Source of the DNA: a virus
Virus record (IMG/VR): IMGVR_UViG_3300038466_000012
Location: 1 to 41,602 of that record
Strand: one strand, 5' to 3'
Length of the DNA stretch: 41,602 bases
Shown here: in pieces, positions 7,936 to 15,988 of the stretch
Position numbering within the stretch: the first letter of the stretch is position 1
How the letters are laid out: each line of letters opens with the position of its first letter
Translations under genes and position numbers: made by a program
Notes under the pieces: model-generated
What the model was told of the DNA's origin: nothing
What the model saw: only the letters and a program-made list of their open reading frames with translations
Database searches by the model: none

Positions 7936-10068
7936 ATGGATAAAGAGCAACTCATAAAGCCGGATAAGACAAAGGACAGCGGCATTGCATTCAAAGTCCT
8001 CGACACAAAAGCCGAGGACAAGTGGATCATCGAGGGATACGCTTCGACGCCTGACCTCGATTCCTACAAAGAGATTGTCTTGCCATCGGCCTTCGCCGAG
8101 GGGATGCCCAAGTACGACAAATTCCCGATTGTGCTGGTCAATCATCTGTGGGGCACGAAGCCGGTCGGTCAGGTTGTTTCGTGGGAAATCCAGGACAAAG
8201 GTCTATGGGTCAAAGTCGAAATATCCAAGACGACCGAGGGGCGCGATGTTTGGACGCTGATCCAGGACGGGGTACTCAAGGCGTTTTCGATTGGCTTCTA
8301 TCTCCAGCAATCAGAAGCGGATGAAGAAACTGGAGTAACCACGCTGACGAAGGTGCAGCTGGTCGAGTTATCGATTGTCAATGTCCCGGCGAACACGCAG
8401 GCGTTGTTTGCATCGGCGAAGATGCTGGGCTTAAAGTCGTTTGCCAACTATAAAACGAGTGAACCACCTAACACGCAAGGGGAGGCCGCAATGGACCTCG
8501 AAGAAATCAAAAAAGAAGTGAAAACTGCGGTTGACGCCAAAACGATTGACGTGACCGCGAAAGCAGCGGAGGCGGTCGGCGCAGTCGTTGAGCCGAAGAT
8601 CACGGCGATGAAGGAGACCATCGACACGCTGATTGCCAACGCGAAGCAGGCCGCCGAGTCGTGCGCGACGAAAGCGGAGCAGGCCGAACTCGTGGCGAAA
8701 CTTACCGCCGTCGAAGAAAAGCTGCACCTGGTCGATGAGCAACAGCGCAAGGCCGTACACGCCGACGGGCCGCAGTACAAAGCCGACGTGCTGATGAGCG
8801 AAGAGGCCACGACCCACAAACTCAATCGGATCAACCCGGACTACGGCAAGGCGCTGTTCACGCCGAGCCGGATGTTCAGCGGGACGCTGGCCGAAAAGCA
8901 TCGGGCGTTTTGCGAGGCCCATGACAATCTGGCGTTTCTGCACGCGATGCTCGACGGGATGAAGAAGCACTCGCGCGGCTTTAACTACCCCGGTCCGGAG
9001 AAGCTGAAATCGTTTGCCGAATGGGAAGGGCGCCGGGAAGCGTTGTTCGGCAAGGCGATGTCCAGCACTACCGGCTACGGCGGCGAGTTGATCCCGAGCG
9101 ATCTATCGGCTAACCTGACCGAGAAGATCGAGCTGGCGGCAATTGTCACGCCGATGTTCGAGGAAATCCAACTGCCGACGAAAGTGTACACCGTGCCGTT
9201 TGTGGGCACACGCCCGACGGTCTACAATTTCGACGAACAGACTGGCGACTTCGCGACCGAAGCGCGCAAGAGCACACCGACCACGGGCAGCAATACCATG
9301 ACGGCAAAGGGCTTCGCCGTCGCAACTAATTGCTCGGTCGAGGAAACCGAGGATTCAATCATCCCGGTATTGGGGATGATCCAGAACACCTTCATTCGGG
9401 CCTGGGCCGAGGCGATGGACGACGCCATTGTCAATGGTGACAAGACCACGGTTCACCGCGATACAGGGTTCACCACGACCGGGTATTCGACGCTGTTGAC
9501 TGCGGACGTGCGGCGCAACTTTGACGGGCTGCGGCACCAGGCGAACGCCGACAGTGCGGAGTACGATTGCAAGACGGCAACCGCCCTACCGAATACTGCG
9601 GACTTTGAGTTAGCAGATTTCGTCAAGGTCTTGCAACTGATGGGGCCAGCGGCACAGCCGGAACGGTACAACGATCTGTTCATTCTGATGTCATTGGCGC
9701 GGTTCTGGACGCTGATGTTGTTTGATGAACATCGGACGGTTGACAAATTCGGAATGAGCGCGGCCAACGTTGCCGGTCCGATTATGCGCGTCCTGGGGAT
9801 TCCGGTTTACGCGACGTCGTATCTGCGCAACGATTACACGAGCGCGGGCTTGTACACCGGCACCGGTACGGCCAGCGTGTTCTTGATCGTCAACAAGACG
9901 CTGCATAAACGCGGTTCCAAGCGCACGTTTACGATTGAGAGCCAGAAGAACATCCTGACGCAGCAATTCGAGTTGGTCGGGACGGCGCGGAAATCGTTCG
10001 ACCTGTTGCGCACGGCCTCGACTGAAATCCCGGTCGGCGCGGGGATCAATGTCCCGACGACCATCTAA
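7936..10068 (+). CDS. Prohead protease (S78/HK97-type) fused to a scaffold-like coiled coil and an HK97-fold major capsid protein
   Basis: aa 1-165 follow the prohead-protease pattern (..IEGYASTPDLDSYKEIV..FSIGF..ELSIVNVPAN). aa ~185-280 form an Ala/Glu/Lys-rich coiled coil (delta-domain-like). The rest shows the capsid pattern (GYGGELIPSDLS..). Confidence 0.85.
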   Translation: MDKEQLIKPDKTKDSGIAFKVLDTKAEDKWIIEGYASTPDLDSYKEIVLPSAFAEGMPKYDKFPIVLVNHLWGTKPVGQVVSWEIQDKGLWVKVEISKTTEGRDVWTLIQDGVLKAFSIGFYLQQSEADEETGVTTLTKVQLVELSIVNVPANTQALFASAKMLGLKSFANYKTSEPPNTQGEAAMDLEEIKKEVKTAVDAKTIDVTAKAAEAVGAVVEPKITAMKETIDTLIANAKQAAESCATKAEQAELVAKLTAVEEKLHLVDEQQRKAVHADGPQYKADVLMSEEATTHKLNRINPDYGKALFTPSRMFSGTLAEKHRAFCEAHDNLAFLHAMLDGMKKHSRGFNYPGPEKLKSFAEWEGRREALFGKAMSSTTGYGGELIPSDLSANLTEKIELAAIVTPMFEEIQLPTKVYTVPFVGTRPTVYNFDEQTGDFATEARKSTPTTGSNTMTAKGFAVATNCSVEETEDSIIPVLGMIQNTFIRAWAEAMDDAIVNGDKTTVHRDTGFTTTGYSTLLTADVRRNFDGLRHQANADSAEYDCKTATALPNTADFELADFVKVLQLMGPAAQPERYNDLFILMSLARFWTLMLFDEHRTVDKFGMSAANVAGPIMRVLGIPVYATSYLRNDYTSAGLYTGTGTASVFLIVNKTLHKRGSKRTFTIESQKNILTQQFELVGTARKSFDLLRTASTEIPVGAGINVPTTI

Positions 10069-10093
10069 CGCGAAAGGAAAAGGAGATAAAGCG

Positions 10094-10633
10094 ATGAAAC
10101 GTTTTTTGATTCTGATTGCACTGGCGGCGCTGGTAGTAGCCGCCAGCACTGCGCCGGTTTCCGCAGGATGGCAGCGGGAGCCGATCAAAACGAGTTACGA
10201 CAGTCTCGGGGTTTTCCAGATTTCGGACAGTGAGGCGTCCGGGGCGGATCTGCTGGACACCGCGTCAACCTGGGTCGCCAGCGCAAACGGCCATGCGGCA
10301 AGCGAAGTTATTACCGTCGCCTATTACGAGGACGGCGGCGGGATGTATACGTACGCCTACCTGTGGGCGCATATGACCGACTCGTGCGCGACGACCGATT
10401 CAAACCGATTTTATGTTGTATTGGAGCAGTCAATGGGCGGCGATGGCACGCCGACAGAAGATGCCTTTTGGGAGCCGGTGGATTCAGTATTGTTTAACGG
10501 TGGTGCAGTCCCAACAGGAAAGAAGGTTACGCTGAACGGTATGCCGTTGCTTCGCGTGCGGAATCAACTCGCGGCGAAAACGCCGGTCAATGACACTCTG
10601 TCGTGCATCGTCAAATTGAATTTAATCCGCTAA
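10094..10633 (+). CDS. Exported head-region protein (Sec signal peptide), possible distant paralogue of 11201/11581 products
   Basis: ATG at 10094 follows GGAG. N-terminus MKRFLILIALAALVVAASTAPVSA|GW. The C-terminal pattern VVLEQS..GDG..AFWEPVD..LLRVRN..VKL echoes the two downstream paralogues. Confidence 0.6.
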   Translation: MKRFLILIALAALVVAASTAPVSAGWQREPIKTSYDSLGVFQISDSEASGADLLDTASTWVASANGHAASEVITVAYYEDGGGMYTYAYLWAHMTDSCATTDSNRFYVVLEQSMGGDGTPTEDAFWEPVDSVLFNGGAVPTGKKVTLNGMPLLRVRNQLAAKTPVNDTLSCIVKLNLIR

Positions 10634-10662
10634 CGCGGTAGCGGTAAAGGAGAGGTGCAATT

Positions 10663-10959
10663 ATGTTTGGATTACCCTTGAACAACCTGCAGCTGCGGTG
10701 CGGAATGGCAACGGGCGGCGCTGCATTGGCAAACCTGGCCCTGACGACCTACGACCGGGCAGGGTCTACCGATACGGTCAGCATCACGTCCAGCGATACA
10801 ATCCTTGCTGCATGGCACGTATCGACGGCGGCCGCAGTGGCAACGATTGCGGATATCACGTCGGAAGTCTCTGTCCCGGCAACGGGCTATGTTGAATGCA
10901 GTACAACCGACACGACCAGTGACCAGTTGATCGTGTTCTGGCACGATAACACCATTTAA
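10663..10959 (+). CDS. Hypothetical head-region protein
   Basis: 98-aa ORF preceded by AAAGGAGAGG. Confidence 0.6.
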   Translation: MFGLPLNNLQLRCGMATGGAALANLALTTYDRAGSTDTVSITSSDTILAAWHVSTAAAVATIADITSEVSVPATGYVECSTTDTTSDQLIVFWHDNTI

Positions 10960-10973
10960 CCCGGAGGTGAGTG

Positions 10974-11201
10974 ATGCAGATAGTATTCAATCCCTCCGGC
11001 CCGAGTCATGAATTTAAGGCGTTGGTCGGCCCCGGCTATGTGGAGTGTCACGTAGCCGGGCCGGTCGAGGTGACTCCGGAACAGGCGGCGATCCTGCTGG
11101 CGCAGTACCCGAAAAACTTTGCGGCCAAAGCCGAACCGGGGCCGCCGGCAAATAAGGCCGAGCCGAAACCGCCGAAGAACAAAGCGGGGGGAGGTCGATA
11201 A
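10974..11201 (+). CDS. Hypothetical small protein with a Pro/Lys-rich repeated tail
   Basis: ATG at 10974 lies 6 nt after GGAGG. The C-terminus is KAEPGPPANKAEPKPPKNK (two 9-aa units). Confidence 0.55.
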   Translation: MQIVFNPSGPSHEFKALVGPGYVECHVAGPVEVTPEQAAILLAQYPKNFAAKAEPGPPANKAEPKPPKNKAGGGR

Positions 11202-11581
11202 TGCCTTCGACAACTGGCTCCTGGATCAGCGAAGCAATCCCGACAGCGACGACCTGGACGCTGGTCGGCGACGTGCGGAATGCGGTCTACGCCTACGATA
11301 AGCTGATTATCACGGCACGGTGTGTAACTGCCCCGGCCTCGGGCAACATGAGCGTCAAAGTCCAGCACTCGGCCAACTACAACGACGTGGAGTCCAGCGC
11401 GGCCGCGTGGGAGGATTTGGCTGATTTGGGGTCATATGATTCGGCAGGGGCGGGAACGCAGAAGACGGTGATGCTCGAAGATTTTCATTCGGTCATTCGG
11501 ATCGTGGCGATTAATTCGGTGGCGTCGATGTCGCCGGTTTTGTCGGTGTACATTCGCGAAAAACAATTCGGAGCTGATTAA
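11201..11581 (+). CDS. Head-region small protein, paralogue A
   Basis: 126 aa. It shares PASG..KVQxSxNY.D....AAAW.DL......IRIVA.NSVA with the next gene. ATGs overlap the stops at both ends. Confidence 0.7.
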   Translation: MPSTTGSWISEAIPTATTWTLVGDVRNAVYAYDKLIITARCVTAPASGNMSVKVQHSANYNDVESSAAAWEDLADLGSYDSAGAGTQKTVMLEDFHSVIRIVAINSVASMSPVLSVYIREKQFGAD

Positions 11582-11994
11582 TGGGAAGCAGCAGCGGCGG
11601 AAGTAGCGGGACAACCGTCCCCTGGGTCGATCAGACTGCCCAGACGTCGAATGGGGGGGCGACATATGTCCAGCACGGCAACCCCATAGACGTGGGGGCC
11701 GCCTCGAAGTTGGCGATCTTCCTGCACGTGATAAATGGCCCGGCGTCGGGAACGACGACGATCAAGGTGCAGGAGTCGCCCAACTATGGCGATGACGGCG
11801 TAACTGATGCTGCGGCGGCATGGATTGACCTGAAATCATTTTCGGCGGTCAATTTGGCGAGTACGGGGACGTGGCAAAAGATGCAAATCCCTGACGGGAC
11901 GATCTACAGTTTTGGTCAGTGGATTCGGATCGTGGCGACAAATTCAGTCGCCGGTCAAACGTGTTTATTCGAGGTCAAGCTGGTCGGGTATTGA
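11581..11994 (+). CDS. Head-region small protein, paralogue B
   Basis: 137 aa, a tandem paralogue of 11201..11581 with the same motif string (see above). Confidence 0.7.
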   Translation: MGSSSGGSSGTTVPWVDQTAQTSNGGATYVQHGNPIDVGAASKLAIFLHVINGPASGTTTIKVQESPNYGDDGVTDAAAAWIDLKSFSAVNLASTGTWQKMQIPDGTIYSFGQWIRIVATNSVAGQTCLFEVKLVGY

Positions 11995-11995
11995 T

Positions 11996-12565
11996 ATGGC
12001 CAATAGGCAGCTATTCACAGTCGAAGAGGCGCGTCCGTTTCTCGACTTGGAGGATGACTCTGAGGACGACCTGATTTCGCTTATTATCGACAGCGTGACG
12101 CGGCAGATCGAGAACTACTGTAATTGCACCTTTGAGGTCGGCGGGGTGACGTACAGCGAGACGTACGACGGCAACAATGGCGTGACGCTGTACCTAAACC
12201 ATGCGCCGATTATCTCCGTATCGTCTGTGGTGATAACCGACTCCTCGGACGTTGCCGAGACCATTGCCGCCGCTGACTACAAAATCTATTCGTCTGTGGG
12301 CAAGATCGTCTTGACCGAAGGTGACACGTTTGTCTCCGGCGACCTGAATGTTGCCATAACCTACGTAGCCGGGGAATCGACATTGCCTCCTGATGTAAAG
12401 TTTGCCGGTCTCAAGCTGGCACGGTGGTACAAGCGCAAGTGGACGGACAACCGGGACGGCATATCATCGGTGACGGTCGAGGGGCAGACGACCAGTTATG
12501 AAACGGGCATCCCGGAGGACATTAAGCGGATGCTCAACCAGTATCGCGTTCCGGCGTTCGGGTGA
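11996..12565 (+). CDS. Head-tail connector/adaptor (gp6-like)
   Basis: ATG at 11996, in frame within track ORF 11912... N-terminus ..FTVEEARPFLDLEDDSEDDLISLIIDSVTRQIENYCN.. is typical of gp6-like adaptors. Confidence 0.65.
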   Translation: MANRQLFTVEEARPFLDLEDDSEDDLISLIIDSVTRQIENYCNCTFEVGGVTYSETYDGNNGVTLYLNHAPIISVSSVVITDSSDVAETIAAADYKIYSSVGKIVLTEGDTFVSGDLNVAITYVAGESTLPPDVKFAGLKLARWYKRKWTDNRDGISSVTVEGQTTSYETGIPEDIKRMLNQYRVPAFG

Positions 12566-13035
12566 GTGGGAATGTGTTCGATCTCAAATTGTCAATCGAC
12601 GGGAATAAGCGGGGGTCGATCAAACTCGCTAAGTTTGGGCGTGAGAAAATCCCGAACCTCAAACGCGGGATCGACCGGGGTACGTCGCGGCTCGAACGCA
12701 CGATCAAAGAGAAAAAGCTGTCGGGGCAGGTGTTGAATGTACGGACTGGATTGCTGCGATCCTCATGGCATACTACTCCAGCGCGGTATCAGCCGGGAGT
12801 TGGAGTGTCCGGGCAGGTCGGAACCAATGTCAAATACGCGCGGGTGCATGAATATGGCATGGTCATCAAAGCCAAAAACTTTCCTTTCATGCGGTTTCGC
12901 ACCGCTGACGGGGCCTGGCATATGGTAAAGCAAGTTACCATTCCCGCGCGCCCGTCCGCGGGCCCGGCCATGCGCGAGGACCGGGATGCGATTGCCAGTG
13001 ACATTATCGCCGAAATGATGAGGCCGCTTAAATGA
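12562..13035 (+). CDS. HK97 gp10-like neck/tail-completion protein
   Basis: GTGA overlap start. It carries the ..VGTNVKYARVHEYG.. motif characteristic of the HK97 gp10 family. Confidence 0.6.
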   Translation: MSGNVFDLKLSIDGNKRGSIKLAKFGREKIPNLKRGIDRGTSRLERTIKEKKLSGQVLNVRTGLLRSSWHTTPARYQPGVGVSGQVGTNVKYARVHEYGMVIKAKNFPFMRFRTADGAWHMVKQVTIPARPSAGPAMREDRDAIASDIIAEMMRPLK

Positions 13036-13454
13036 GTGTCAGGGATACCATACTCGCCAACCTGGAAACTGCGCTGCAATCTGTCTCCGGGGTAAGCAAG
13101 GTTAGCCGGGACTTCAAGGAATATCCCTGCCCGAGCGCAACGTGGTATCCGGCGCTTTTCATTGCCGATGACGGCGGGGATGAAATAACCAACTACTGCG
13201 ACAACAGTAAGGCGCAATGCACGATGCTTATTCTTGTTGCCGGGTATTATCATCGGGCGGCAAACCTGTCGGCGGGGTTTAATGAGTTCCTCGAAAACAC
13301 GATCAATGCGATTTATGCGCCGGTCTCGCTCGGCTCGTACGCGCGGGACTGCACTATCGTTTCGGTAAACCCGATTGTGACGATCCCGTCGGAGAACGCG
13401 GCATTGTTCTATATGCACTTGGCAATCAAATACTGGCGGACGCTGGGGGCATAA
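13032..13454 (+). CDS. Putative neck / tail-terminator protein
   Basis: 140 aa with an ATGA overlap. The call rests on position between the gp10-like gene and the tail tube gene; no motif recognised. Confidence 0.5.
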   Translation: MSVRDTILANLETALQSVSGVSKVSRDFKEYPCPSATWYPALFIADDGGDEITNYCDNSKAQCTMLILVAGYYHRAANLSAGFNEFLENTINAIYAPVSLGSYARDCTIVSVNPIVTIPSENAALFYMHLAIKYWRTLGA

Positions 13455-13942
13455 TGGCGGAAATTTATAAGGCGGCGCAAAGCACCATCATGGAGACGGC
13501 GCGGGATACGCTCAAGACCGCGCTGGATGCGATTGTCTGGACGGATATTTCCCCGGCGATATCGTACGTCTACGACAACCACCGTATCGCCGATATGTCG
13601 TTTAACGCCGTCTCGCTGGAGATTGCCGGAGTTGAGAAGGAATTTACCGGGCAGCAGTCGGCGCCGTCCGGGCCGATCATCAACTACTGGCTGCAGACAG
13701 AACTGCGAATCCATACCGCGGTGGCCGGGCGGCACAACGATTATGACGTGTTCATGCGGCTGGCAAATTCATTGCAGAATTTTATTGCCGAGAAAAACCA
13801 TCTCGGGACACACGTAAACGGACAAATGGTCATCGGCCGGCAAGGGATTATCACTCCCGGCCAGACGTTCGAGGAATCGGACACCGTTGGCGGGACGCTG
13901 TCCTTTGCAATTTTGTGGACAGGAAAACATACGCAGGTGTGA
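13454..13942 (+). CDS. Putative neck/tail-joining protein
   Basis: 162 aa with a TAATG overlap. The call is positional only. Confidence 0.5.
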   Translation: MAEIYKAAQSTIMETARDTLKTALDAIVWTDISPAISYVYDNHRIADMSFNAVSLEIAGVEKEFTGQQSAPSGPIINYWLQTELRIHTAVAGRHNDYDVFMRLANSLQNFIAEKNHLGTHVNGQMVIGRQGIITPGQTFEESDTVGGTLSFAILWTGKHTQV

Positions 13943-13943
13943 T

Positions 13944-14135
13944 ATGCGGGTGAGAATAATCGACGGGAAAACGTTGCCGCGCTGGACGGTCGCGCTCGAT
14001 ATGAGCGGGCAGGAATGTACGCGGATGGATTACAGCGCCATCCAGCATGGCGAAGTCCGCAACATCGATAATCAATTTGCCTTGTGGCTGATTGCCCAGG
14101 GCTACTGTGAGCATAGACACGAGGAGTCAGAATAA
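13944..14135 (+). CDS. Hypothetical small protein
   Basis: ATG at 13944 lies 1 nt after the upstream TGA. 63 aa, in frame within track ORF 13887... Confidence 0.45.
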   Translation: MRVRIIDGKTLPRWTVALDMSGQECTRMDYSAIQHGEVRNIDNQFALWLIAQGYCEHRHEESE

Positions 14136-15178
14136 TGGTCTACGACATTTACACCCGGCATGAATCGCGGATCGGGTTCAAGGAGCAGGCGACCTGGGGG
14201 ACTGCGGCGGTGGTCGGGGACGCCTTCAAGGAGCTGCCTAACGATCCGGGGGCGGTATTTAACAAGGACGTGAAGCTACGGCGCCCGAACCGGTCATATG
14301 CCAGCACGCTCGGCGGACAGCGTATGCCCGATATCCGCGACGTGCAGAACGACACTAAGGGGGCGGCCCCGACGGTCACGACCAGCGGCGACGTGCGGCT
14401 GGCCGATTTCGGCGAAATCCTCTACCTGACAATGCAGGGCGTGACTGAGGACGGGACGACGCCGTTTGAAAAGCAGTTTGAATTTCCGGCGACACAACCG
14501 GACTTTACCGCGAACGAGGGGATGTTCGGCTCGGTCTGTCGTCGGGAAACTCTCGCATCACAATCAGAGTTGCTCGGAGATTCTATTATCCGCTCTGCGA
14601 CTTTTACAGTCCATCCCGAGAACGATGAGGGGCGGCTGCATTATTCAGCCGAGCATGTTGGGAGAGGGCCGATAACAGAAATTTTCAATCCGAGCGGGAC
14701 TTGGACACGGGCAGCGGAGACGTTCTTCTATTTCCACAATATCGGCGGCGTGTTGCTCGACGCGGTTGACATTGATATCTTTTCAATGGAATTGACGATT
14801 AGCAACAATGCCATACCTGTAGGTGTGGAAGTCGGCGGGACCGGCAAGTTCAAGTCGTTTGCTCTGCCGAAATACACGGCGACCGCCAAAATCAATATGC
14901 TCTACACTGCTGCCACTGAAGTCTGGATGCGATCATTTTACAACTCCGGCACACAAACTACGTTCCGCATTTATTGGGGCAATGCGGTCCCGGCGGCGAC
15001 CGGCGACCTGCGGATTGACATGAGTTCCGTTGTGACCGCCGCGCCGCGCATTCTCGGCGATGTCCACCAGATTGAGTTGTCGCTCGAATGCGTGACCGAT
15101 GTTGTGACCAGCGGCGAGGATTCCGACGATCACGGTCTGGTCATCCAACTATGCGACGCTGTAGACCGGGGGTGGTAA
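14135..15178 (+). CDS. Major tail (tube) protein
   Basis: 347 aa, directly upstream of the G/GT chaperone pair and tape measure. The call is positional. Confidence 0.6.
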   Translation: MVYDIYTRHESRIGFKEQATWGTAAVVGDAFKELPNDPGAVFNKDVKLRRPNRSYASTLGGQRMPDIRDVQNDTKGAAPTVTTSGDVRLADFGEILYLTMQGVTEDGTTPFEKQFEFPATQPDFTANEGMFGSVCRRETLASQSELLGDSIIRSATFTVHPENDEGRLHYSAEHVGRGPITEIFNPSGTWTRAAETFFYFHNIGGVLLDAVDIDIFSMELTISNNAIPVGVEVGGTGKFKSFALPKYTATAKINMLYTAATEVWMRSFYNSGTQTTFRIYWGNAVPAATGDLRIDMSSVVTAAPRILGDVHQIELSLECVTDVVTSGEDSDDHGLVIQLCDAVDRGW

Positions 15179-15179
15179 G

Positions 15180-15536
15180 ATGATGCGATTGATCGATCCA
15201 AAGGGGACTCACGTTTTCATCCCCGAGAGCGAAAAGGGGGCCGACAAACCGACGACGTTTCACGTCCGGCCGATGACACTGCGGCAATCCGTTAAGATCG
15301 CCGAGGCCGCGCGCCAGTCACGCGACGGCGGACAGACAATCCCGATTGACGCCATTTATGAGTTGGTGTCCGGGACGGTGGTCAAGATTGAAAACGGTTT
15401 GCCGGGGCTGGACGAAACCGACGTGGCGGCGTTTCTCGACGCCTGTTCGACGCCGGAGGCGATTGGCGTGGTCTTCGACCTGTTTCGATTCATTCAGAAT
15501 CTATCAACTCTGGACGAGGCCGAACGGGGAAACTGA
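15180..15536 (+). CDS. Tail assembly chaperone G
   Basis: 118 aa, sitting between the tail tube and tape measure genes. It ends ..DEAERGN* with a slippery heptamer immediately before the stop. Confidence 0.7.
   Translation: MMRLIDPKGTHVFIPESEKGADKPTTFHVRPMTLRQSVKIAEAARQSRDGGQTIPIDAIYELVSGTVVKIENGLPGLDETDVAAFLDACSTPEAIGVVFDLFRFIQNLSTLDEAERGN
15527..15533 (+). promoter_or_regulatory. Candidate programmed -1 ribosomal frameshift site G_GGA_AAC (G to GT fusion)
   Basis: The zero-frame codons are GGA (15528) AAC (15531) TGA (15534). A -1 slip gives GGG AAA, then CTG ACG ATG.., which is exactly the frame of ORF 15539..15988. Confidence 0.65.
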
Positions 15537-15538
15537 CG

Positions 15539-15988
15539 ATGCTGGTACGGTACGCTGATATGGTGCGCAATTCAAAATCGGCGAAGAGGCGGGACTGCGC
15601 CTCGTGCGACCGCGAGCATAGCAAATGCCTGCTGAGCGGGAAGCCGTTCGATGTGGCCCTTCCGGGGCGTCCGGGGCTGGGCCGCTTCACCGTGCGCGAC
15701 CGGGCGGATATTCCGGCGATGATTACCTGGGCGCGCCGGAATGACGCCCATGCGGATCTGCCGGAGTTTGCAATCATCCGGGAGTTGGGTATTTGCCCGC
15801 TGCCGCTGTTTACCACGCTGAGCGCGGAGTGTATGCGGCTGTACCAGCACTGCCAGGCGACGAATGATTTCTCTATTGTCGAGGGAAAATACTACGACCA
15901 GCCGGCGTTTTACATGGAGTCGATGCATTTGATTGCGGCGGAAGAGGCGGTGATACGTTCCGAGAAGCAGGAGGGAGACAATGGCTAA
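15539..15988 (+). CDS. Tail assembly chaperone T segment (expected as a GT fusion; its own ATG is also present)
   Basis: 149-aa ORF in the -1 frame relative to G. It ends 8 nt into the tape measure gene. Confidence 0.6.
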   Translation: MLVRYADMVRNSKSAKRRDCASCDREHSKCLLSGKPFDVALPGRPGLGRFTVRDRADIPAMITWARRNDAHADLPEFAIIRELGICPLPLFTTLSAECMRLYQHCQATNDFSIVEGKYYDQPAFYMESMHLIAAEEAVIRSEKQEGDNG

